Positions 50,357 to 62,610 are shown, numbered from the whole stretch's first letter. The stretch: 63,239 bases of DNA, filler included, from Choristocarpus tenellus KU-1152 (GCA_964200185.2; 9 parts of 9 records of this genome joined end to end with filler, not necessarily neighbours in it); one strand, 5' to 3'. Numbers and translations are program-made. The notes: a model not told the origin generated them from the sequence alone.

Positions 50357-52299
50357 GAACCTGCCCTCAATACAAATCAGTCAAGTCCATGCGATGTTGA
50401 GCGCTGTTGCTTTATTCAGATACTCTTCTGCTGTTTGCCTCGGTGGATACAACCCCCACTGGGCCTCGATCCTTGCTTGTGAACTTGATGTTTTGTTCGT
50501 CAGGGTGCTAGCGGGTGGATGTGTCACCTGATTCCCACTTTTCGTTTCGAGTTTTTTTGTGTCTGTAATACCACCTATTGTCTTGTAGGTTGGAAAATAT
50601 CTAAGATCAAGGAAATAAAAAGTGTACATGACCAACATATCTCTGAGACTCCTCACCCCTCACACCATTGGAAGTAATACTATGTATTACTGGGAAAAGT
50701 AATTATAATCCCCACCACATCATTGCTGTAGTAGATGCAGCAATGCAGTTAGAAAAGTCCCAAATAAGTCAATGGATACCTAGGTGGAAACCACTAACAA
50801 CATCAGGTCCTGTGAGAAGAAAAAAAAAGTAGAAAGGAAGAAGAAAATCCAGCCCCACACCTGGTCCAACCAACCCCAACACCTCTCACCACATTTCACA
50901 GAAAGGATCATGACTACTATGCTAGTCAATGGGGAAGCAATGTGATGAGCAATACCTAACTGAATGGAATGGAGGTACACCACCTTGGATTGAACTGTGC
51001 ACAGTGTCACACGCACTCTGGATTTCAATACTTCTTTTTTTGAAAATTGTCTGGTGTCAGGTTTAAAAAATGCCTGCTAGGTGAGGGAGCTTGACTGCTG
51101 CAATAACAGCATACCGTATTGATGTATGGGGTTTTGTCATGTGTACTACTACACACATGTAACGTACTATTTGTGGTCTTCAATTCTACCATGCAGTATC
51201 CCTGTAGGATCAGTACCAGTAGAGAGTTTTGAACAGCTAGGTGTCATGAGGCATGTTCATCCTCCAACCCACTTCGTCCTGTACTTCAACCTGGTCATCA
51301 AGAGGGCATGAAGAGGTGATGCACCTTCTTGGGGGGGACAGCACAGTTCATTGAAGAACAATTTAAAGCAGCATGCTGAAGGTAGGGTTGAAACGGAAGG
51401 CAACTGTAACATGCATGGTACAGCTCAAGTGCATACCAGATTCAGACTACCAATTCATCAACAAAAACAACATACAGAGTGAAATAAGAGCAATAAGAAA
51501 AAAATGTACCGTTCCCTATACTGTAAGTGTGGCTGTGGCTGTATGGCCACATACTAGGGGAAGAGGACAGTTGTCATGAAGTGATGACGTCGAACTGTAT
51601 CTATGTATTGGCGGGAGTAGTCTATCTTTGAACAACTACATCCTCTCTTTCCTCCACTATGCTTCAGAAGCCTCTGTAGCAGGAGGAAATGAGCTAAAAG
51701 GAGGTAGGTAGTAACTCTTAACCAACATTCAAAACTTCCATTGCAATGGACTACTAAAGTACAATGAGGAAAAAAAAAGAAGAGAAACTCCTGAAAAATA
51801 GTAAAAAACCCATGTACATGCGGCTTATGTCACCTCAACCTAACCCTAAGTGAGCTTCTCTTATGAAACACGGACCATCACAGTGCTTTAAGACACTTAA
51901 GCCTATATTGTCCTCTCCCCCCTTGCCCCTCCTTACTCTGTTACATGGGATGTAGAACACCACATTACCAACGTCTCTTCCCTTTGTCAACCCCTCCTTT
52001 CCTTCCAAAAACTGACACCCCTACCCAAAGAAAAAATGCTAGTAGCAGCTATCTTTACAACCACAGCACTTGTATAATAGTAGTAAAATAACAAATTAAT
52101 AGTGGCATCCAAAAAAGACCTGTAAAGTTATCATCTATACAGTTTGCCCCATTCTTCAACAGGCCCTGTAGAGCAGAAGGTGAGCACTGTACTCCCAACG
52201 CTTTCAACTTCACCTTCACCCTTGCACATGCCCTGCCCTCGTATGATCAGTTTTCTCACAACTCTGGAAAGAAACCATTCATCATTCATCATCTCCTCA

Positions 52300-54178
52300 C
52301 TACATTCGTGATCGTGGGTGTTTGTACTCTAACAGAGACTTGGGCATGCATGTCTTGACAAGGTCCTGTGCATGGAAAAGGGTGTGTGTGAGGGGACCAG
52401 GGGAAGATGTCAAGCTGAGAACCAACCCCTTGTGCCTAACTTCACCAGTCTGTTTGCCCCTGCACCGGAATTGAGTGAAAACATAAAATAATAATGTGTA
52501 TGTAGCATGCGCATATATAGAAATATACACATTTTTACCAATGTATGTTCTTCCTTCAACTAACCCATCTGGAAAAGCTCAACACAAGTGATAAGATATA
52601 GGCACATTGTGAGGGTCTTGATATGGACCAAGTACAGTGCAAACACGACAAAATCATTCCTGAAGCTTGAGCATGAGCACCTCTGTGTACATTCGAGTGT
52701 GCTGTGCTACAATAGTGCTCTGACTCTGTGAAACATTTGAACATAAAGGGTTTCCACTACCTTGGTGAGGCACTGGCTATTTGCATATATTAATATTAAG
52801 CCAATACGATATGTGGGCTGTAAAATGCATCCCTCTGTGAACAAGTAGTATCACCACATAGATTTTTCATGCAAAGTTGCAAGTATCTCACCCCTCTCTC
52901 AAACAAAACGCAATTGGTCATGACACCAGTAGGTCATTATGCATAATAGCCAGCATGTCAGCCATCATCCATCTATCTCAGACAGCAACAAATTACTCTG
53001 CACCTGTAAAAAAGTGTTCATAAAACTTATTAATTAAATAGTCCATTTAGTGTAGCTCAACAGAATTGTGGGGTGAGGGCAGAAACCAATAGGTTAGACA
53101 TAAAACAAAAAAAAACGTGAAGGAGAAGGCCTGACCTGAACATGATGGATCCCATACTTATAGGGTGCCCCTGTCTGCTCCAGCACCAGAGGATTAAGCT
53201 GCCCATCTTCTGAGATGAAGTTGAGTTCCATAGGCTTCTGGTGCCATCTGATGAGGAAGTCTATGGTAGGGGTTGGGAAGTTTCCCAGCATTTCTGTAAG
53301 GCACAGTACACATAGAGGGAGAAATACACCATGAAATGATCATAGTTGGAGGAGAACAACATCAAGTTTTTGGTGAGGTTGGACAATAGCAGTGGGGGAT
53401 GGGGGAAAATGTCCGGTGGGTATAAGGAGAGGTATGACATATTGTTGCACTATTCTTTGAGCTAGGTCATCATCGTAAATGAAGTCTTTCTTCTCCTTAA
53501 TCAATTCTTAGGGGTCTGTCAAGGGGAAGGAAGGCGATGTTGGAGGGGTCCAATCATCTCCATATAAACAGATGCTATTGGTGAAATCCAACCAATCTAA
53601 CGCATCTAAACCTCTTCACACAATTTCAGTGTCAATTTGTGGGCTAGGTGCTGCCATTGAAGCGCAATGGTTCCCAGCATGCGCAGTTGACTTGATCCAT
53701 ATGTCATCGCAGTTTCTCCTTACACTGGGAATGGCTTATGTCATCCACAGATCATCACACATCATTAACTAGACTTTTACCCTTGTTCCCCAAAGGTGGG
53801 AGCATCATGAGACATACCCAACTAACAAGTCTTATCACCCCCAGCCCCCCCCCCTCCCCCCACATTAGCTCAATGCTTAAAAGGTCTACAAGTAGATGGT
53901 GCACTCCCACTGTATGCACATGCTGACTAGACATTAACTTCATGTTTTCTATCTCAAGAGGTCAGCATCTTCATGGAATCTCCACCAATTTATCACTCTC
54001 TACTCCACCTATCTATGCATGGCAGGATTATCTCCTCTCCCACAAGGAGATACAAAGACAAACAAGTCAAATGGTACAATGTTTTACCAGCGAGGTTCTT
54101 GAGGATGCACAGGCCGAAGGGAATATCTTCCCAGAAGAGACGGGTGTCCACATTAGGTGAGAATTGTCCTGCTGGTCC
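52300..54178 (-). CDS. 3' end of an NAD(P)-dependent opine (octopine/nopaline/tauropine-type) dehydrogenase; 5' part missing
   Basis: Exons 54178-54088, 53293-53136, 52365-52300 splice in frame: GPAGQFSPNVDTRLFWEDIPFGLCILKNLAEMLGNFPTPTIDFLIRWHQK..TGAPYKYGIHHVQDLVKTCMPKSLLEYKHPRSRM*. RxFxEDIPxGL..TPxID..W is the Octopine_DH helical-domain signature. Confidence 0.88.
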
Positions 54179-54392
54179 CTGACAAAACATATGGGCAGTG
54201 GGGGGGGGGGGGGGGAACAGGAAAGGAAATTGGGATGATGCACCAGGGGGGCACTAAAATGAGCAAGGGGCCCAGGGAAAGGGAGGCAGAAANNNNNNNN
54301 NNNNNNNNNNNNNNNNNNNNNNNNNNNNNNNNNNNNTTAATTAATTAANNNNNNNNNNNNNNNNNNNNNNNNNNNNNNNNNNNNNNNNNNNN

Positions 54393-54732
54393 CCCTTTTG
54401 CTGGGATTCCGTTCAGACTCCTGTTCTGCCCTTCCACCATCCACGTATCCCTGATCGCACCGCTCAATGCATGCCCTTCCCAGTTCTTCCTTTCCACCGC
54501 TTCGACCACCTTCCTGTCGTCGAAAGATGGAGTCTCCATATTGTGTGTTCTGAGAGACGGGAATGCAATTGGACGTGAAGTTTCTGGATATTTCGGGTGA
54601 CCTTTTCTCCAGAATTGCGTCGTTGGCACTACTTCTAAAGAACCAAGGAGAGTCACGTGGGTCACTCCCGATTCCCTCGACATCCTCTAATCGAAGGATG
54701 GGTCGAGGGATATCTCTCCCACTCTCGCACAT
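54393..54732 (-). CDS. Possible first exon of a hypothetical protein (runs off the contig)
   Basis: GC-richer open frame MCESGRDIPRP.. following an AT-rich upstream region; no recognised motif. Confidence 0.3.
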
Positions 54733-55559
54733 TCAAAGCGGCACCCGTGCAAAGAGAAAAGAGGTCCTCTTCGTGTGCACCTTCGTACCAAGCCCAATCG
54801 AAGAAGAGGACGAGGTCTGGATGACAAAGGGTAGTGAAGTGGCAAGAGTGGCGATGGGAAACGGACTATTTTGTCAAGAGGACAACCGAATAGCTCTCGT
54901 CTGTTGACATCGCTCCAGTATCACTCCAAGTGAATGGAAATCCTGGTGAGGAGTGCAGACAAGGAATACGGATGTAAATAGTTTCGAGTCTGCTTTGATC
55001 GTTTCGTTCCACCTACCGTATGATACAACAAACACAAAATATACGAAACGCACAACTTTGTATTTTCGAACTGATAACCCAATATATATTAGTATAAATA
55101 TTTTATTATTATGTCCACTCGTGTTTAAATGATACTATATAAAATATAGGTTTATGGGTCTGGATACGACAGAGTGGTTCCTGCGTGATCAAATGAATTC
55201 TGTAAGTGGGTGGTAGAGGGGATTCATTATCAGCTGGGAAGAGATGAAGGCACTCCTTCTACAACAGAATGTCTCCCTCACAAGACCAGTAATATCAGTT
55301 TCAGAACCTGCCCAGCAGTTCAACCTAGAAACACCCAGTCGGTATCTTCACAAAACTAACTGCTGGGACTCTTTTTTCTAAGATCGCCTTCGTGGTCCCA
55401 GTATAGTCGAAGTTTCAACTGTTACATGCATCTAAAATAGTTTCTCGTTTTAGAAAACAAAAAATTACCACTACATTTATTCATAATATGTTTTTATATT
55501 TAATGCTCTTAGATGTTTTGTTTTGAAATATATATACATGGTTAGTTTGTCAGAAGGAC

Positions 55560-56179
55560 CGTTACAGGCGAATGGCGTGAGCATTTCTTCTTGTGCTCTA
55601 ACTAACAAATGAGAGCATTATTTGTTACACGCGAATAGCGCGAGCATTTCTTCCTACCATGTTTTAGCAAACACGAACATTTGTGACAGGCGAATAGTGC
55701 GAGAACTGTTTCTCGCGTTCTAACAAGTGCGAACAATATACGAGATTAGTAACACATAATAGGTAGCCTTACAGAATAAATGATGGTTTCGTAGAAGATG
55801 CAGAGTAAGATTCGTAATGCATACGTAACACTACAGAAGAAAACGTCGAAGTGTGTAGGAAGTTGCAGAATAAAGGTTTATCATGATTGGAGTACGTATA
55901 GAGCAGTTGCATAGAAAACCAAAGAAAATATTGGGTGGATGATGAAAATAATAAGAGGGCTTTTGGTCAAATCCATTACTCCTCGTAAATAAGTATTATT
56001 ATCTTGAACGAAACATTGAGTCGAGCTTTGAGCTAAGCACTGAGTGGAGTATCGAGAGATAAGGCTGCCTGACACCCAACAAACTGTTACTAAGGGCAAC
56101 GTCCCCATAGCATTGTTTTAAGGTCGTTGGATTCGAGTTACACGTCCTGTGGAGGTGAGTTCTGGGGCGCGCTGTAACA
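55560..56179 (+). mobile_element. Solo LTR with a triplicated ~60-bp 5' end
   Basis: LTR-start motif (T)GTKACASGCGAATRG at 55561, 55623 and 55682; ends GCGCTGTAACA; flanks GGAC/GGAT. Confidence 0.7.
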
Positions 56180-56859
56180 GGATTTTACGTTAAGACTGCT
56201 GCTGAAAATTCTGTTGTGTTTGTTGTATTCTTGTCTCAAGCGTTGATTCTTGTTCCCCCCATCACAACGTGTATCTGCAAAATGTCTTGAGTATAATAGG
56301 CATGCAGTGTGTACGACTATAATATGTACTATTGTATGTAGTACTTTGAAATTATTCATTTTTCTATGTGGGGAGTCGTGGTTGCTTGAAGTTTACACAA
56401 TAATATTTACAACAAACTTAGCGCATATATATACGTTGTCACGGGAATCAAACCACTAAGAGGTAGGCAGGTTTTGCCCGTTTTGCATTTAAGCCACTTG
56501 TTACTAGGTGTACAATTTACGATATTTCTTTCTTTTTTTTGCAGAATCGAGAGGTATGAGTAAGAAATGGGAGAACGGTCTTCCAATGGGTGGAAGGGCC
56601 TGCTCTGTGGTGAGGTATTCCATCCAAAAATGGAGTGGGGAGGCAAGAAGCAATACATACAGGACAGATATTTCAACAAAAATAAGACTAACCTCAACAC
56701 CTTCACCGTGGAAAGGTTTGGGTGTCTGGGCACTTAGGCAGAGCTATTCCTGGATGACGTGGTGATGCACACCCTGGGGCTGATAGGGAAGTTGAGGGTT
56801 TCAGTGGGAAGGGAGCCGAGCCGGGTAGGCACACCTGCAACAAATTGTGTCCATCATAG

Positions 56860-56912
56860 TGTTACAGGCGCCCCTCAATGCTCACCTTCCAGGATGTACA
56901 ACTCAAATCTAA
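56860..56912 (-). mobile_element. 3' end of an LTR, truncated by the contig end
   Basis: Near-identical to 58283-58335 (TGTTACAGGCGCCCCTCAATGCTCACC). Confidence 0.8.
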
Positions 56913-57012
56913 NNNNNNNNNNNNNNNNNNNNNNNNNNNNNNNNNNNNNNNNNNNNTTAATTAATTAANNNNNNNNNNNNNNNNNNNNNNNNNNNNNNNN
57001 NNNNNNNNNNNN

Positions 57013-57285
57013 ATGGCTGGCAATCATTGACGAAGGTCATTCGCACTGGTTGGTCATCAAATGTGGGATGGCTGGCAATCATTGACGAAGGGCATTCGCA
57101 CTGGTTGGTCATCAAATGTGGGATGGCTGGCAATCAGTGGCGAAGGGCATTTGCACTGGTTGGTCACGGAATGTGATGGTTGCCAATCAGTGACAAAGGG
57201 CATTTGCACTGGTTGGTCATCAACTGTGGGGATGGCTGGCAATCATTGACGAAGGGCAGTAGCACTGGTTGGTCATCAAATGGGG
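57013..57285. repeat. ~55-bp minisatellite, at least 5 units
   Basis: ATGGCTGGCAATCATTGACGAAGGGCATTCGCACTGGTTGGTCATCAAATGTGGG; units start at 57013, 57068, 57123, 57176, 57232. Confidence 0.92.
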
Positions 57286-58268
57286 AATAGAGAATAGAGG
57301 AATGGCAAATTAGGAATGAGCAAATAATAGTAATAATCCAGAATTCGTGAGCAAAACGAAATACTAGAGAACAGAGGTTAATTTAGTATGGGCAGGAGAG
57401 TTGGGCTTGTTTGTACAAATCAACGAGTTGATCGTCACCTATATATCCCCCCCCAAACGAGCTTTGCATATATAGGGTATCCGCAAGTCTACCGTATACG
57501 CTCAATAGTGGAAAGCTAGGCTATGGCCGCAGCCTTCCGCGTAACACCATTCTCGTTCGTAAAAACAAATAACATGGCAACCTTGACCACAATTCTCGGC
57601 TGGATACCCCAAAAAGGGTGTGTTCTCTCACCGAAATATGAACCAATCTGTTGCCGTAACGTCGTCTCAACAGACCTGTAAGAGCTGTCTTTTGATGCGT
57701 GGGACGTCGATTGCAGACGAAGCACCAGAAAGGACCGCTGTGTGTCCTAAGAAAGTTGGACAAGAGTCTTCGACGAGCTCGATGTGGAAAGGGGTGAAGT
57801 TATTGATGTGTGGACACGATGCATAAACAGGTTGAGCCGTCAAGAGTTCTTGTAAAATCTGGCCTTGGGCAGGAACATCTTCGAATCACTGATTCCCAGC
57901 GAAACCTGTCAAATGAAATAACAACGTGATACACAAAAAACAGATCGGCAATGTGAGCGTGCGAATGGCAAGGAAGAACTACCTAGGCAATGTCTATACC
58001 ATGCCAGTTGAAGACCACCCATTTTATTACTATAGGCGAGTGATGTGGCAATCACAGGCCACTCGTTTTACGGCTAGTGAGGGGCGATTCCCTCAGAGCC
58101 ACAAAAGCTTTCAGACCCATGAAGAAAACGAGTCCAGGGAGGGAATCCTGTAGACGACGAATGAAGACCACAAACCCAGGTAGGGCAAGAAACCAACCCA
58201 GGTGGAGCTAGAAAACAATCCTATGTGCTAGAGTGAACGAGGAGTAACTCCTCCAGTTTGAAGAGAGA

Positions 58269-58723
58269 CGGTAGGACCTCCATGTTACAGGCGCCCCTCA
58301 ATGCTCACCCTCCCAGGATGTACAAGTCAAGCCCAATTCAAAGATTATCGAACGTCAGCTCAGCAGAACAGAGGCACTCTTAAATGAGTCAATCAGTATA
58401 AGAAATGTATATATTGTTTGGCATCAATTAAGAGTGATTTATGTGGGTCTTGTTAGGTCAGAAGAACTGAGCTGATTTGAGCCGTTTTTAGGAACTCTAA
58501 TCATCATTTACCGTTGGGGGATTATTCTGGTTTACAAATACTTGCACATATCTGAGAACCCTTTCAGACCATCCATCCGTGACCCTCTGCAACTACCCGA
58601 GTCACAGTTTATTCTCAACTTTTAGGAAAATCGGAGTTCCCTCTTTTGGGGTTCCCCACGCGCGTATACTGCTCGTGCTGGTTAAAGCGCGGGAAGAAAT
58701 ACTCGTGCTATTCGCCTGTAACT
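58269..58723 (-). mobile_element. 5' LTR (58723-58283) plus primer-binding site (58282-58269)
   Basis: GTTACAGGCG ... CGCCTGTAACA followed immediately by TGGAGGTCCTACCG, complementary to a tRNA 3' end (CGGTAGGACCT-CCA, tRNA-Gln-like). Confidence 0.8.
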
Positions 58724-59635
58724 CTACCCCAAGGGCTGGCATGCTTTTCAATAATGCCTTGCTCTTCCATAGTATTAACACATGAGTCAATTGCTTTTTG
58801 AGCACGGGGGTTTGCTCTGTAAGGGTTCCGGTCAACTGGTTTGGTACCAGGCTCTATAGGAATTTCTGCTTCAGCTAGAGTACATCTGCCTAGTTCTGCT
58901 GCATTCAACGAAAATACCGATCTATAACGAGCACAGAGGTGTAATAGTTGAGACACTTGTGATTTATTGAACGCGGTATTTTGAATGCATTTGTCTTATT
59001 GAAGGCTTGATGTAATTATTCTCTAGCTTTACTGAATGGAGCAGAATCAGTATTTAGAGCACTAACAGTGATTGGTACCTGATCAGAAATTGGGGTTAAG
59101 TGACCTATTACAAGATGCTTCTTGATACGTACTTTCCGTGTTGTTGGATTTGTCGTTTGAACCAATACTGATCTATTACTTGCTGACCAAGTACTGAGAG
59201 TGCGAGCAGCTACAATACGATTCCATGGGTGTGTAGGTTCTGTGGTTTGATCTACAGCAAGCATGGAGTGCATGACTGTCTCCACTACCACAGTAGTATC
59301 CAACGACGGGCTAGTATCAGTTGTGCAACGTACGATGATTTCATGACCAGCTGGTATGTTATACTGTTTATGTACACGAACGGGTACAGGGTCAAAATCA
59401 TGTTGCACACTCACCACAGAGCACGAAGGAGTGGTACTTGTTACACTTACTTGAGTGGGGCTCCTTGTCATGCAATGTCTCGCTGAAATGGTACACGAAC
59501 TGTTGTGTAATGAAAGACGTTGTTCTTGCCAATCAAGGATTGCACCGAAGGCCTGCATAACACTATTATCAAGCAGAATTTTATCGGGACCAAGTTGGGG
59601 AATCACTATAGCTTCAACTGGCAATGTGATGTCAC
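58724..59635 (-). mobile_element. Ty3/Gypsy pol fragment (protease C-terminal part, linker, start of RT), degenerate
   Basis: ILLDNSVMQAFGAILDW; ELGRCTLAEAEIPIEPGTKPVDRNPYRANP..GIIEKHASPWG, the classic entry into Gypsy RT; cut at SPWG by the LTR. Confidence 0.88.
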
Positions 59636-59735
59636 NNNNNNNNNNNNNNNNNNNNNNNNNNNNNNNNNNNNNNNNNNNNTTAATTAATTAANNNNNNNNN
59701 NNNNNNNNNNNNNNNNNNNNNNNNNNNNNNNNNNN

Positions 59736-59864
59736 ACATTGGGTTTTGAACCCCAAATGGACGTGGCTCTACCCTCTAAGATACTTGACTCTTACATCAA
59801 AATCGCAGAAGTGGATAGTGGTCCCCAAACGGACGCGGCTCTACCCTCTAAGATATTTTGACTC
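59736..59864 (-). mobile_element. Two tandem MITE family A left ends
   Basis: GGCTCTACCCTCTAAGATAY(T)TTGACTC ending at 59791 and again at 59864. Confidence 0.85.
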
Positions 59865-60269
59865 GTTGATACTAACCAAAGAGTGGGGCGAGGACAACGT
59901 ATTGCTTCACACCATTGACGGAACTTTTAGGTTACCCTTGAAGTGCTGCGGCACTTGTTGTGGAGCTTGTACCGTACCACTCCGGAATGTCATCAAGACC
60001 CAGTTGCACTGACAACTACTCTAATACATTTTGGAGAAGATTGAATTATGACAATAGCGTGTGAAATGATGATTACCGTGTATCAACCAACAGTACTTCC
60101 AAGTTCAAAGTAAGTAGTAATAATCAAGACCCGGTTGTACTGAGCAGTATCGAGAAGATGAAGTAATGATAATAATGTGTGGAATGATGATTACCGTATA
60201 TTCCAAGCGAAGTTCGAAGTATGTCGAGGTAAAGAAATAGGTTGATATTTTGGTATTGATTGAAAGGGA

Positions 60270-60353
60270 AATATTAAATATATGAAGGTCACAATGAAAT
60301 ATATACAGGTCACAATGAAACATATAAAGGCGACAATGAAATATATAAAGGTC
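60270..60353. repeat. 21-bp tandem repeat, ~4 units
   Basis: ACAATGAAATATATAMAGGTC-like units at 60291, 60312 and 60333, plus a degenerate unit at 60271. Confidence 0.85.
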
Positions 60354-60441
60354 ACACACCACACGTATGGCGTAGCGATTCGATCTGTACACCGAACGTA
60401 GCGCGACTGGCACATACGAAGGTGTGGCATCCGCATCCGTA

Positions 60442-60514
60442 CACCGAAGGCCGGGCTCGAACCCACGACCATACGATTAAGGGTCGTACGCTCTACAGAC
60501 TGAGCTACCCCGGG
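60442..60514 (-). tRNA. tRNA-Lys(CTT)-like gene, probably a pseudogene or SINE head
   Basis: TAGCTCAGTCTGTAGAGC (A box/D arm), anticodon stem TACGA-CCCTTAA-TCGTA, GGTTCGAGCC (B box). Has C at position 33 and mismatches in the T and acceptor stems. Confidence 0.75.
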
Positions 60515-62610
60515 CATGCTACATAAGAACCAAAGAAGACAACATCTACCAATCTCTTCCCTTACGTATAAAAACCCTATGTCCCTGTTACGCCCTGCGA
60601 TGTTACTTCAGTACCATAATATATAAATACTACGTATGATAACACACAACACTGCTTCCTACATCCAACAACTACCACGATAATATCAATGTTCTGTGTC
60701 GAGCTGCACCTAGACGACCTACGCCGTAAAAAGGAGCGGCCCTACTGCACGGACTGGAATTGTGTCGTAGTATGATTTTGTGACCCTTCGCAGAATACAT
60801 ATCCGCTTCCATGTGGGTCAACCAAATATCTAGTTTTGTTGTTCATTTTGGGCTACCCTAAGCCAACCGTACTACAAAGTAGGGGAACACATTCAACTTC
60901 AAAGCCGTAGCTGTGCCCATGTATTACCTGAATCACGGGAACCATCACAACATCATGCTTTTCTCGCTTTGAATCTGGTGATGTACATGTACTGCCGCCT
61001 AGAGAGGATGCACGCACGGGACTCTTTGCTCACTGGTTGGCCTGCTGGATTTGGGAATGGAAAAATATCTGCGGTAGTCATGACAGAAACTCTCAAGTAA
61101 TAAATTAGAAAAGACGATGATTTGTCGTGTGAACATGTCCGCAAACTGACCTTTGGGGAGATGTGGAGGGAACACACTGTGATGTCTTCTTACATTGGTT
61201 CCTATCTACTGAAGTAGGAACTATCGGATTCGGCGAGGAGGATGTGTATCCAGCCGGAAATAAATCATTCTTGTTTGTTTCAACATATTTGTGTGACTTG
61301 TACGTTGCTCGTACACCGATTTCGTTCCTATTTATTTTAAGTACTGTAATATCGTTATATATGTGCATCTTTCACTAACGGTCCTTGTACAGCAGGATCC
61401 CCATTTTTTTTTCTCGAGTTCCTCAGAATATGTAGGCATGTTGTGCTAGCAGGACCATGCTCACAATCATGGTCCTGCTACTGCTTCTGCAGTCAAACCT
61501 TTTGCGATGGACAGTATTTGAGTATCACAAATGAATAGGCAAAGGTGTCTGGCAGGGTGTTGCCGTGATTCAACTATCGCTCTTTTTGAAAGTGAATACA
61601 TGTACAGATTGAAGTATATATTATCCTCGTCTGGAGTCACGACACCACATCTGTGACACGGTCACATTGATCTGAAACTGTCATACGTTGGACATGCAGG
61701 TACTTTGAATTACTATACACGATAGGGTATGGTGATCTACCCGCCGCACTTCAAGTAAATATTGAGTCTGTTCTTCTACTAATACTTCGAATGCAGTACA
61801 AAGTAGCGCATTGAAAAATAACGTCGATGCAGTTCCTCAAAACGCTTCTACGTTACTCGAGCCGTTCGGTTAGAGGGGGACTCCATTTTCGCCCTCCTGA
61901 GTGCTCCAGAGGACTTCGTTGTTCTCAAACCTTCTGCCTCGTCACACCTCCATTCACATGCCTCGAGTGCAGCAACCTCTACTTGAGAAGGCTGTGGCTG
62001 CAGGAGAGGAGACGAACCTTTGGTCCCATCAGCACGAAAATGCCCTCCACAGTGCTATAGGACCACACACACGTAGTTAAAGGCAAATACATGGATTCCT
62101 AACGCTCAACGATATTTTCTGAAAGATAGGTAGCTCATTCTAGTAGGAAGGGAGTCAGACCACTACATGATGGGTATTTCGGATGTATGTATGGAACGGA
62201 GTAGATCTACTTGTATTGTGTACCTTCAATCCTCCTGCACTTGTAACCGGGAAAGAGATAACAATATACATGTGTGTGTGTGTGTGGTATGTGCGTAGTT
62301 GAACAACGACCGGCTACATACAGTGGTAGTAGTCCACACTAATTCCTCGTCACCACAACAACTGTATGTAGTATGTATATCACAAAACGTTTCAAGGGCT
62401 ACGGCATATATAGCAGACGTGAGAGATTGATTCTATCACGGAAGTAGTCGCAGGTGATTGCCTGGCAAACACAGAAGTAATTGTAGGAGTAGTTATCGTA
62501 TCGAGGTTTTCAAGCAGAGGATTTTTTCTTGCAGGCAGGCCGGTGACTAGTGTTTAGGAAATTCTGTTGCTTTCTGAGGACTTGAGAATCGGCAGTCGGT
62601 GAGGCGTTAT

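Noticed and set aside
57013-57285. CRISPR array
   Set aside because: Units are contiguous with no unique spacers, there are no cas genes and the context is eukaryotic.
58724-58732. Polypurine tract before the LTR
   Set aside because: GGGGTAGA is the PWG-R coding sequence of the interrupted RT.
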